Assembly: GCF_004010195.1 (NCBI RefSeq)
Contig: NC_057718.1
Coordinates: 4,881,604 to 4,905,349, forward strand
Length of the DNA stretch: 23,746 nt
Reading direction: 5' to 3'
From: Chiloscyllium plagiosum
Taxonomy: Eukaryota
Shown in pieces: positions 11,245-20,699 of this stretch. Below the pieces are notes generated by a model. The model searched no databases, was not told the origin of the DNA, and saw only the letters and a program-made list of their open reading frames with translations. The position numbers and the translations under genes were made by a program. Within the stretch, counting starts at the first letter, position 1, and every line of letters begins with the position of its first letter.

Positions 11245-11830
11245 TCCCTTTACATTGGGGACACAAACCACAGACTGGGCTGACCACTTCACAGAACACC
11301 CACACTCTGACTGTAAAAAGACCCTGAGCTTCCAGTTCCCTGTCACTTGTAACACCCCACCCTGTTCCCTGGCCAATATCTCTGTCTCAGGATTGCTGCA
11401 GTGCTCCAGTGAAGCTCAATGCAAGCTGGAAGAGCAGCACCTCATTTTCCACTTGGGGACCCTGCATCTTTCTGGACACAATATTAAGTTCAACAACTTC
11501 AGGGCTTAAGCACCTTTCCCCATGCTTTTCCCCTCCCCCATACACCAGGCACTGTCATTACACAGGCAGCTACCACTCATTCTCTATTGTCAGCCACTAA
11601 CTGTCCCTGTCAGCAGCTGCTCATTCCCCCAGACTGATCTTTACCCACTCCTCTGTCTGTCCAACTGTTATTCTCCCTCTTCGGGCTCTATCCCTACCTA
11701 GAGCTTACTCTCCCCTCACCTTCCCCCCATCTTTGGGTATAAAAAGCAATTTTTTCCCAGCTACCATCAGTTCTGAGGAAGGGTCACTGGTAGCAAAATA
11801 TTAACCCTGATTTCTCCACACAAGATGCTG
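11245..11830 (+). mobile_element. Old Penelope-like element 3' part (GIY-YIG endonuclease remnant and terminal repeat); its terminus resumes at 13030-13060
   Basis: tac att ggg gac aca (YIG-T), DHFTEH, CKLEEQHLIFHLGTLHLSGHNIKFNNFRA*; decayed hammerhead at 11769-11806. Confidence 0.85.
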
Positions 11831-11878
11831 TTGATTCTCATAGAATCTCTATAGTGTGGAAACAGGCCCTTTGGCTTT

Positions 11879-12195
11879 GGGCGGCACAGTGGCACAGTGG
11901 TTAGCACTGCTGCTTCACAGCGCCAGAGACCCGGGTTCATTTCCCACCTCAGGAAACTGACTGTGTGGAGTTTTCACGTTCTCCCCGTGTCTGCGTGGGT
12001 TTCCTCCGGGTGCTCCGGTTTCCTCCCACAGTCCAAAGATGTGCAGGTCAGGTGAATTGGCCACGCTAAATTGCCTGTAGTGTTAGGTAAGGGGTAAATG
12101 TAGGGGTATGGGTGGGTTGCGCTTCGGCGGGGCGGTGTGGACTTGTTGGGCTGAAGGGCCTGTTTCCACACTCTAAGTAATCTAATCTAATCTAA
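11879..12195 (+). mobile_element. HE1-type SINE, full length, young
   Basis: gggcggcacagtggcacagtggttagcac...gggttcatttcc...gaagggcctgtttccacact-(taatc)n. Confidence 0.95.
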
Positions 12196-12454
12196 AAGAT
12201 TATAAAAAAAAGCCAACAATGACCCTCCGAAGAGTAACCCACCCAGACCCGTTCCCCTATCCTGTATTTGCCCCTGACTAATGCCCCCATCCTACACATC
12301 CTTGAACACCTTGGACAATTTAGCATGGCCAATTCACCTGACCTGCACATCTTTGGACTGTGGGAGGAAACCAGAGCACCCGGAGGAAACCCACGCAGAC
12401 ACGGGGAAAACGTGCAAACCCCACACAGTCAGTCGCCTGAGGCTGGAATTGAAC

Positions 12455-12963
12455 TGAAACTTTATTGCTGGAACAGCACAGCAGGTCAGGCAGCATCTAG
12501 GGAACAGAAGATTCGACGTTTCGGGCACATGCCCTTCTTCAGGAATGAGCAGAGAGTGTTCAGCAGGAGAAGATAAAAGGTAGGGAGGAGGGACTTGGAG
12601 GAGGGGCGTTGGAAATGTGATAGGTGGAAAGAGGTCAAGGTGAAGGTGATAGGTCGGAGTAGGGTGGAGGCGGAGAGGTCAAGAAGAAGACTGCAGGTCA
12701 GGAAGGCGGTGCCGGGCTGGAGGGATTCGGCTGAGACAAGGTGGGGGGAGGGGGGATGAAGAAACTGGTGAAGTCCAAGTTTATCCCCTGTGGTTGGAGG
12801 GTTCCCAGTCGGAAGATAAGACGCTCCTCCTCCGACCGTCGCGTTGTTGTGGTTTGGCGGTGGATGAGTCCAATGACCTGCATATCCTCGGTGGAGTGGG
12901 AGGGGGAGTTGAAATGCTGTGCTACAGGGTGATTGGGTTGGTTCGTCCGGGTGGCCCAGAGGT
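12455..12963 (-). mobile_element. Young 5'-truncated Penelope-like element with 13-bp flanking direct repeats
   Basis: ORF 12698-12883 MQVIGLIHRQTTTTRRSEEERLIFRLGTLQPQGINLDF; GCTGGAATTGAAC at 12442-12454 and 12964-12976. Confidence 0.9.
12511..12546 (-). ncRNA. Minimal type I hammerhead ribozyme motif, core intact
   Basis: Minus strand ATTC-CTGAAGA-A-GGGC-atgt-GCCC-GAAAC-GTC-GAAT: 4-bp stem I, 4-bp stem II, palindromic ACGT stem III, GUC cleavage triplet. Confidence 0.85.
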
Positions 12964-13061
12964 GCTGGAATTGAACCTGGCTCCCTGGTGCTGTGAGGTA
13001 GCAGTGCTAACAACTGAGCCACCATGCCGCTGAGCTGCTGAGCTTTACTAGCGATTGTTTA

Positions 13062-13283
13062 AGAACAGAAGAGTTCCTAATATTTAGCCTCAAATATTGT
13101 CAGTGAGGCTGACTATCTGCATATTATCACATTGCTGCTTGTGGGATCTTGCTGTGCGTACATCAGCTGCTGACTTTCTTATACCAGTTAATCAATTTCA
13201 AAAATACACTTCATTGGCCATGGACCTCTCAGGGAGGCCCTAAGCTTGTGAAAGGCACTATAGAAGTGCAGGTATTTATTTTC
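13062..13283 (+). mobile_element. Ancient Deu-domain SINE 3' half (SacSINE1/AmnSINE1-like)
   Basis: attatcacattgctgcttgtgggatcttgctgtgcg...cttcattggc...tgtgaaaggcactatagaagtgca. Confidence 0.8.
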
Positions 13284-13499
13284 CTGGTAACCAGATTATA
13301 AACTTGTTTATAAACTTTGAGGAGGCAATGCTGGGTGATAAGTGTCCTATTGGAATGGGGTTTAATTCAGGCTGTGGCCCTCGTACAGACTCCAATATAA
13401 AATTTCATCGGATGAAGTATACTTCAATTGTGTACTTACAGCTCCACACAGAGGCAAAATGAGGAATGACAGGACAATGAGGTTCTCTCGGTGAGCTTT

Positions 13500-13890
13500 A
13501 TAGAGTCACAGAGTCATAGAGATATACAGGAGGGAAACAGACCCTTCGGTCCAACTTTTCCATGCTGACGAGATATCCTAAACTAATCTAGTCCCATTTG
13601 CCAGCACTTGGTCCATATCCCTCCACACCCTTCCTATTCATATACCATCCGGATGTCTTTTAAATGCTGTAATTGTACCAGCCTCCACCATTTCCTTTAG
13701 CAGCTCATTCCATAAATGCACCACCCTCTGTGTGAAAAAGTTGCCCCGTAGGTCTCTTTTATATCTTTTTCTTCTCACCCTAAATCTATGCCCTCTGGTT
13801 CTGGACTCCCTCACCCCAGGGAAACGACCGACGCTCCAGGGAAAACAGCTCCAGCCTATTCGGCCTCTCCCTATAGCTAAAACCCTCCGA
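13500..13890 (-). mobile_element. CR1-clade LINE 3' fragment with an internal deletion near 13830
   Basis: tagagtcacagagtcatagagatatacag...ccagggaaaacagc; reverse complement of the 5930-6346 family. Confidence 0.9.
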
Positions 13891-14436
13891 CCCCCACATC
13901 AGGTAGAGGAGTACACTGTACCAGGAGGGGAGATTATACCCAACACCCCAACTGCCTTATGCCAACCCCCCCCTACAATTAAAAACATGTTTAAAATGTT
14001 CCAGCCCCCTGTCAGACAGAAGAAACGATACAAAAAGGGGAATGTGTTATTTTACAGTTGCTTTTCCTGACCTGGGGGTGTTTGACAGCCCATGAAATGG
14101 ATTTAAAATGTAGTCTCTGTGTAATGTAAAAATATCCAGCAACACAACAACAACAAAAACTATTTTTCAAATCTGTTTGACAACTTTAACTAAATGTAAT
14201 GTCCCAAAATGCTTTACAAAACAGCATGAGGTACCGTGTGAGATGGAGCCAATCAGAGTTTTGTTTGGGTAGATCAGCTGGTCACTGAGCTGGGTGGATA
14301 CAGGAGGAAAGGGGCAGTTAACTGGAGGAGAACTTTATCTGATCTATGTGTAAATCTGGGGACACTTCAGTTGGAACTGCAGAGGGTGACCATTACGGAG
14401 AAACACAGGAACATTATCAATCATCAATATTTGTAC

Positions 14437-14563
14437 AGAGATTTCTGGAAGAACTCAACAGGTCTGGCAGGATCTGTAGAGAGAAATCAGAGTTAATGTT
14501 TTGACTATCTTCATAACTCAGGTCTGTTTTTGTTTCAGACTTTCAAAATCTGCAGCTCTTTTT
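14437..14563 (-). mobile_element. Old Penelope terminal-repeat fragments in opposite orientations
   Basis: aactcaacaggtctggcaggatctgtagagagaaatcagagttaatgttt (minus, collapsed hammerhead 14491-14518), then tgtttttgtttcagactttcaaaatctgcag (plus-strand terminus). Confidence 0.6.
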
Positions 14564-14899
14564 GATCAATACTTGTACCGCTTCCCCAGAACAGTAAGGA
14601 CTCAGCTCTATTGCAATGTGAAGGTGAGGGCGGATACTGCAATAACACACCACTGTAAATCAGAGCCCCAATCAACATGGAACTGAACATCTGATAAGAT
14701 CACTCCAAACCTCATCTTCTGGAAACTAATCTGACAGCAAAGATGTGTCTAAGACCTGCCAGCTTTAAACCATCAGAAAGAAGATAGCTGACCTGCATAT
14801 AGATCCAGGAAGAGGGGTTTGTCTGATTTCTGCTCCACGGAACTCGGTTTACTGAGTGAAGATCACCAGGGAGGGTCACAGTGGGTGGACCTGACCATG

Positions 14900-15600
14900 A
14901 AGAGTTGAACATTTTGATGCAGGAAAAGCACAGCAGGTCAGGCAGCATCCAAGGAGCAGGGGAGTCAATGTGTTGGGCATAAGCCCTTCATCAAGAATGG
15001 GGGGTTCTGGAAGGGGGTTAAGAGATAAATAGGAGGGTAAAGGTGGGACTGTGGGTTAGAGGTAGCTAGGAAGGCGATAGGTAGATGAAGGTGGGTGTAA
15101 TGTTGATAGGTGGGAGAGGAGGGTGGAGTGGATAGGTGGGAAGGAAGATGGACAGGTAGGACAGTTCAAAGGAAGCGGTGCTGAGTTGGAAGGTTGGATC
15201 TGGGATGAGGTGGGGGGAGGAGAAACTGGTGAAGTGGATGTTGATGTTGTGTGGTTGGAGGGTCCCAAGGTGGAAGATGAGGTGTTCTTCCTCCAGGCGT
15301 CCGGTGGCTCAAGTTTGAGGAGGCCCAGGAGCTGCATGTTCTTGGTGGAGTTAAACTGTTCGGCCACCGGGCGGTGGGGTTGTTTAGTGCACGTATCCCT
15401 GAGATGTTCTCTGAAACGTTCCTCAAGTTGGTGTCCTGTCTCCCCAGTGTAGAGGAGACTGCACTGAGAGCAACAGACACAGTAGATGAGGTGTTTGGAG
15501 GTACAGGAAAACCTCTGCTGGATGTGGAAGGACCCTTTGGGGTCTTGGATGGAGGTGTGGGAAGAGATGCGGGCGCAATCCTCACTTTCTTCTCGGATCT
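14900..15600 (-). mobile_element. Penelope-like element 3' part, GIY-YIG endonuclease pseudogene
   Basis: FSCTSKHLIYCVCCSQCSLLYTGETGHQLEERFREHL (IY...YxG motif with CxxC); decayed hammerhead at 14963-14998. Confidence 0.9.
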
Positions 15601-15657
15601 GAACATGAAGTAAATATTTTATCCAGAGCAAACACAGAGAATATTAAAGAAGCTCAG

Positions 15658-16430
15658 TGAATTTGAATGAGCTTTATTGTCAGGTATACGCAAATGAGTG
15701 CAGTGAAAGGTTTACAAGTTGCCACATGACGGCATCATCTTAGGGACAAAGGTGCAGATTCTTAGGAACAAGTTCTTAGGGAAAACAAGTTAGAAAAATA
15801 AAGAAATAAAAAGTTCAGAATGACAACCTTTCTGACCCAGTCCACACCCGCACCGAGGCTCCAGTAACTGGAAGGGAGACCCCTACTGACTTGCTACCAC
15901 CTGCACCAGATACACCAACATAGGGGTTGGCACACTTTAAGTGCCATCCCTTCATCACTGGGCCCACACTCGCCCCGCAACCAGGAGAACCCACTCCAGG
16001 CACAACACACTGCTGTCACTGGCACACCAAGCCCCAAGAGTCCACAGTCTGTGCCCACTGCCACCAGGAGTCCCTGGCTCTGCTGCCAGGCCAGCCTACC
16101 GCCTGGCCATGAGTCCCGCTTCAGAAGTGGATGTCGCCTTGCTCACCCCGCCATCTTGAAATACCCCGTACCGCCAGCCCCACTTCCCCCCATCCCCGAT
16201 CGCTGGAGGGCGGCTTTGCTGCCTACAGCTCTGATCGACAGGAGAACATCCTCGCTGTTAACCCCTGCCACTGAGGGGAGAGCCCACATCCAACACTCCG
16301 CAAGTGGCCTGACCAACCTGCCACAGGGAAGGAAAGAAAAAAGGAGAAAAGAAAAAAGAATAGAAAGAGAAGTAGATGAGCCCCAGGCAAGAGCCCAAAG
16401 GCAGCCTTGGTACTACACTGTCATCTTGAA
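15658..16430 (-). mobile_element. Unnamed non-autonomous retroposon, third copy, with a non-repetitive GC-rich middle
   Basis: Minus-strand head ttcaagatgacagtgtagta...ggggctcatctact plus CT tract; tail tcattctgaactttttatttctttattt...ctaagatgatgc...tttcactgcactc...gacaataaagc matches 5345-5505. Confidence 0.8.
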
Positions 16431-16510
16431 CACAGCAGGTCTGGCTGAATCTGTGGAAAGAGGCACAGAGTTAACATTTCTAGTCTGGTATGACTCCTCT
16501 TCGGACTGTG
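16431..16510 (-). mobile_element. Old Penelope terminal repeat (outer end at 15628-15657), split by the 15658-16430 insertion
   Basis: cagcaggtctggctgaatctgtggaaagaggcacagagttaacatttc; decayed hammerhead at 16469-16508. Confidence 0.7.
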
Positions 16511-16682
16511 TTAGGAATTAGGTTACTTTTTATAGTTTGTCAGAGGTTAGAGGGGGAGAAAAATGGCAGGTAGTATAGAGCGTAAAAGGCAGAGGTTCTG
16601 TTAATAGTGGAAAAAGAGAAAAAGAGGTATACGTTAAGGTTTTTGTTAGGGTTACATCCCTTTATTGTCCAGTTTTAGCACA

Positions 16683-16772
16683 CCATGTTCCCCGGCCTAC
16701 ATCTCTGTCTCAGCCTGGCTGCTAGGCCCCCGTGAAGCTGGGAGAACAGCACCTCATTTTCACCTTGGGGAA
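16683..16772 (+). mobile_element. Penelope GIY-YIG C-terminal remnant
   Basis: atctctgtctcag...aagctgggagaacagcacctcattttcaccttgggga aligns with 11357-11460. Confidence 0.7.
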
Positions 16773-16776
16773 ACAT

Positions 16777-16850
16777 GCCCTCTGCTGGTGGATTGGAGGA
16801 AGGGCAGCCTACCCAACACTCCCCCCTGGTGGTGAATTGGAGTAAATGCT
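16777..16850 (-). promoter_or_regulatory. Paired CTCF-like sites (cores 16777-16788 and 16821-16832)
   Basis: Minus strand CCAGCAGAGGGCAT and CCACCAGGGGGGAG match the CTCF core CCASYAGRKGGCR (second has one core mismatch). Confidence 0.7.
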
Positions 16851-16914
16851 GGCTACAGCATCCACATCAGCCAGTGAATTCTCCAGTGGCAGGAGGCACA
16901 GTTTGGGACTGATT

Positions 16915-17080
16915 CCCATGATGAAGGATTATCTTATGGTGGAAAAGTTTGATCAGGTTGGACTCGCACCATTAGAGTTTAGGCAAATGAGAGGTAATCG
17001 TATTGAAACATATAGGATCCTTGAAGTAAATGTTGAGAAGATATTTCCCCTTGTGTGAGAGTCTGGATCTCAGGGACACA
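16915..17080 (+). mobile_element. Degenerate CR1 ORF2 fragment
   Basis: GLAPLEFRQMRGNRIETYRIL...VEKIFPLV. Confidence 0.8.
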
Positions 17081-17172
17081 CTGAACAACACTGCGTTCAC
17101 TTCAGAGGGTGTACTCATCACCCATCAGTCACAGTGCCTGTGTCATCAACACTATAATTCCATTTAGGTTCT

Positions 17173-18765
17173 TTTTTTATATATTTCAAAAATATACTTT
17201 ATTCATAAAATAATTTGATGGTCTGTACAGTTGGTCATGACATACATATGTAAACATGTACATACAGAGATCAGAATTTATCATTTTTATACAGGTCTGT
17301 ACATTTTTCAATCATATGACCATATAATTAGCTGAGGCGTCAGCAGAGCCCAAATGACTACATGGGCCCCCTGTTCTTCGTTAGGCAGGCAGACTTTACA
17401 CAGTGGTCTTTCCCCACCGCGCCTTGGCAGCAGCTGCCCCAAGCTTCAGCGCGTCCCTCAACACGTAGTCCTGGACCTGTGAATGTGCCAGTCTGCAACA
17501 CTCAATCGGGGTCAACTCCTTCAGCTGGAAGATCAGCAGGTTTCGGATGGCCCAGAGAGCGTCCTCACCGAGTTGATGATCCTCCAGGCACAGTTGATGT
17601 TCGTCTCGGTGTGCGTCCCGGGAACAGGCCGTAGAGCATGGAGTCCCGCGTCACGGCGCTGCTCGGGACGAACCTCGACAAACGCCACTGCATTCCTCTC
17701 CAGACTTCTTCTGCGTAGGCACATTCCAGANNNNNNNNNNNNNNNNNNNNNNNNNNNNNNNNNNNNNNNNNNNNNNNNNNNNNNNNNNNNNNNNNNNNNN
17801 NNNNNNNNNNNNNNNNNNNNNNNNNNNNNNNNNNNNNNNNNNNNNNNNNNNNNNNNNNNNNNNNNNNNNNNNNNNNNNNNNNNNNNNNNNNNNNNNNNNN
17901 NNNNNNNNNNNNNNNNNNNNNNNNNNNNNNNNNNNNNNNNNNNNNNNNNNNNNNNNNNNNNNNNNNNNNNNNNNNNNNNNNNNNNNNNNNNNNNNNNNNN
18001 NNNNNNNNNNNNNNNNNNNNNNNNNNNNNNNNNNNNNNNNNNNNNNNNNNNNNNNNNNNNNNNNNNNNNNNNNNNNNNNNNNNNNNNNNNNNNNNNNNNN
18101 NNNNNNNNNNNNNNNNNNNNNNNNNNNNNNNNNNNNNNNNNNNNNNNNNNNNNNNNNNNNNNNNNNNNNNNNNNNNNNNNNNNNNNNNNNNNNNNNNNNN
18201 NNNNNNNCTTGGTGCACGCCCCAGCCCCCCCGAACCAAATACGCAGCACCTTCAGGTGGTCAGTCCTGACGATGGAGGGGGTCGGGGATTGGTCGGCCCA
18301 GTTCCCGAAGTGCACGGCTTTGCTCTTGCCTCGGTTTACCTTGGCCCCTGAGGCCCGTTCGAACTGGTCACATGTGCACATGAGTCTGCGCACGGACAGC
18401 GGATCCGTGCAGAAAACGGCGGCGTCATCCATGTACAGGGAGGCCTTAACCTGCAGGCCCCCACTGCCAGGAATAGTCACCCCTCTCAGGCTCGTATCCT
18501 TCCTGATGGACTCGGCAAATAGCTCTATGCAGCACACAAACAAGGCAGGAGAGAGGGGGCAGCCCTGCCTGACTCCAGATCTGACTGGGAAGCTATCTGA
18601 TTCCCACCCGTTGATTGAGACTGCACTGACAATGTTGGTGTAGAGCAGTCTGATCCAATTGCAGATTCCCTCCCCAAAGCCCATTTTGGAGAGAACATCT
18701 CTCATATACGTGTATGATATCCAGTCAAAGGCTTTCTCCTGGTCCAGGCTTATCAGGCAGGTGTC
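17173..18765 (-). mobile_element. Tx1-clade (L1 group) LINE, 5'-truncated inside the RT, 9-bp TSD
   Basis: LDQEKAFD, GVRQGCPLSPALF, LYMDD; C-terminus QDYVLRDALKLG...WGKTTV* (stop 17396-17398) after a frameshift near 17565; AATAAA and A tail; TTAGGTTCT at 17164-17172 and 18766-18774. Confidence 0.9.
17731..18207. other. Assembly gap
   Basis: Run of N. Confidence 1.
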
Positions 18766-18924
18766 TTAGGTTCTGGGATTGTTCTATTCACACAGCCCCA
18801 ACTCTAAATGGATCCATCCCCAAGCACTCACTGCCTCCTTTCTGCTCACAGCCCCACTATGTCATTATGACTGTATTTGCCATGTGCACTGACACTGGAG
18901 GCCAATGTAGAACAGCCAGTGCAG

Positions 18925-20148
18925 TGAGGAATTAACAAAACTCTTACAGCAAGGAGAGCCAATGGATGTTAACGACCTGGACTTCAAGAAGCTGTACAGG
19001 AGGCTGCTGAGTAGGATAAGGGCCCGTGGTGTCAGAGGCAAGGTGCTGGCATGGATAGAAGCTTGGCCCTCTGGCAGAAAGCAGACAGTGGGGGTAAAAG
19101 GGTCCTGCCCAGGATGGCAGCCGGTGCCAAGTGGTGTTCTACAAGGCTCAGTGTTGTGACTACAATTTCCCACTTTATACATTAACGATCTAGATGAAGG
19201 AACAGAGGGCCTTCTGGCTACATTTGCAGGCAACACAAAGATAGGTAGAGGGACAGGTAATAATGAGGAGGTGGGGAGGCTGCAGAAGGTTTTGGACAGG
19301 TTAGGAGAATGGACAAAGAAGTGGCAGATGGAGTACAACATGGGAAAGTATGAGCTCATGCACTTTGGTAGGAAGAATAGAGGCATGGACTATTTTCTAC
19401 ATGGGGAGGAAATTCAGAAGTCTGAAGTGCAAAGAGATTTGGTAGCTCTAATCCAGGATTCTCTCCAAGTAAATTTGCAGGTTGAGGCAGTAGTTAGGAA
19501 GGCAAACGCAATGATGGCATTTATTTTGAGAGGACTTGAATATAAAAGCAGGGATGTACTTCTGAGATAACATTTCTATTAGGCTCTGGTCAGACCACAT
19601 TTGGAGTATTGTGCACAGTTTTGGGCCCCATATCTCAGGAAGGATGTATTGGCCCTGGGGCGGGTTCAGAGGAGGTTCATGATAATGGTTCCCCCGAATA
19701 AAACGCTTAAGGAACATTTGACAACTCTGGTTCTATACTCAATGGAGTTTAGAAGGATGAGGGGGAGATCTAATTGAAACATACAGAATACTGAATGGCC
19801 TGGACAGAGTGGTCATTGGGAAATTGTTTTCATTGGTCGGACAGACTAGGACCTGAGGGCACAGCCTTAGAGTAAAGGGAAGACCTTCTGGAACAGAGAT
19901 AAGGAGAAACTTCTTCAGCCAGAGAGTGAGGAATCTGTGGAATTCATTGTAACAGAAAGCTGTGGGGGCCAGGTCATTGAGTGTATTTAAGACAGAGATA
20001 GACAGGTTCTTGATTGTAAAGGGGATCAAGGGCTACAAGGAAGCAGGAGAATGGGGTTGGGAAACTTATCAGCCATGATCGAATGGTGGAGCAGACTCGA
20101 TGGGCTGAATGGTCTAATTTGTGCTCCTGTGTCTCATGGTCTGATGGT
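18925..20148 (+). mobile_element. CR1-clade LINE ORF2 pseudogene (RT to 3'UTR)
   Basis: DLDFKK, SGVLQGSVL*, decayed FADDTK (FAGNTK), W..KWQMEYN, LVRPHLEYCAQFW; stops and indels; 3' tail gatgggctgaatggtctaat...atggtctgatggt. Confidence 0.95.
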
Positions 20149-20299
20149 GATATGGAATGGAAGAGCAGTGTGAGATTTCTTACTTGTGAAGCTCAGTGAC
20201 AGCAGCTTTGTGCCAATGGCCATCAGTGACACCTACACCATAGACGTCCTGTTGCTGTGGGATGCCAGCCGTCTCCCAGTTAAGGCTGGAGAGAGGGCG

Positions 20300-20485
20300 C
20301 TTTCCCCTGTCTGAGAGAGCTGCTGGTCTGTGGAATTCTCTTGCAGGTGGTGTTAGCTCGGTTCATCCTTGAAAAAGGAGGCATGGGAAGAGGGGAAAGT
20401 CAAGTTTAAGTCATAACCAAATCAGCCTCAATTCTATCAACTGATAGAGCAGGCTGAAGGGGCTGAATGGCGTCCTCTCCTCTGA
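20300..20485 (+). mobile_element. Degenerate CR1 3' remnant
   Basis: tctgtggaattctctt...atcagcc...agagcaggctgaaggggctgaatggc. Confidence 0.55.
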
Positions 20486-20560
20486 ATTCTGGTTTGTGAT
20501 CGTGAAGGAAGAGCAGCCTCTAGCTCTGCCCTCTGCTGGTGAACTGGAAGAAGGGCAGAC
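20485..20560 (-). promoter_or_regulatory. CTCF-like site (core 20528-20539) with a decayed partner unit about 44 bp to the left
   Basis: Minus strand CCAGCAGAGGGCAG; the linker aggaagagcagcct matches aggaagggcagcct at 16797. Confidence 0.7.
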
Positions 20561-20571
20561 AGCATTGTTCT

Positions 20572-20663
20572 AATTAACTTGTTCTGAGATGCTATTACAC
20601 AACCTCTGGAACAGGTGGGATTTGCTCCTGAGGTAAGGACTCTGCCACTGAACCACAAGAGGG
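20572..20663 (-). mobile_element. Short tRNA-derived SINE, degenerate
   Basis: Minus strand ctcttgtggttcagtggcagagtccttacctc...aaatcccacctgttccagaggttgtgtaatagcatctcagaac. Confidence 0.55.
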
Positions 20664-20699
20664 CCGTCCAAGGGTGTTGTTAAGATTTCCTTTGTAATG

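Larger units (their letters stand above)
11833..13030 (-). mobile_element. HE1-type SINE in three pieces (11833-11875, 12212-12454, 12964-13030)
   Basis: The pieces are collinear tail, body and head once the two inserts are removed. Confidence 0.85.

Noticed and set aside
13440..13490. Hydrophobic minus-strand peptide NLIVLSFLILPLCGA before gtaagt, like a leader exon
   Set aside because: No in-frame ATG (upstream is a CR1 tail) and the intron phase is 0 rather than 1.
13790..13803. GCCCTCTGGTTC as a further CTCF site
   Set aside because: Lacks the CC start of the core and the module flank; it is ordinary CR1 sequence.
14590..14623. Possible 34-bp exon (ttccccag | ... | gtgagg)
   Set aside because: Splice-like signals only; no recognisable peptide and no partner exons. 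RNA-seq would be needed.
16638..16646. Perfect RSS nonamer GGTTTTTGT
   Set aside because: No heptamer at 12 or 23 nt spacing.
17483..18643. 386-aa plus-strand ORF
   Set aside because: It is antisense to the Tx1 RT and inflated by the gap.
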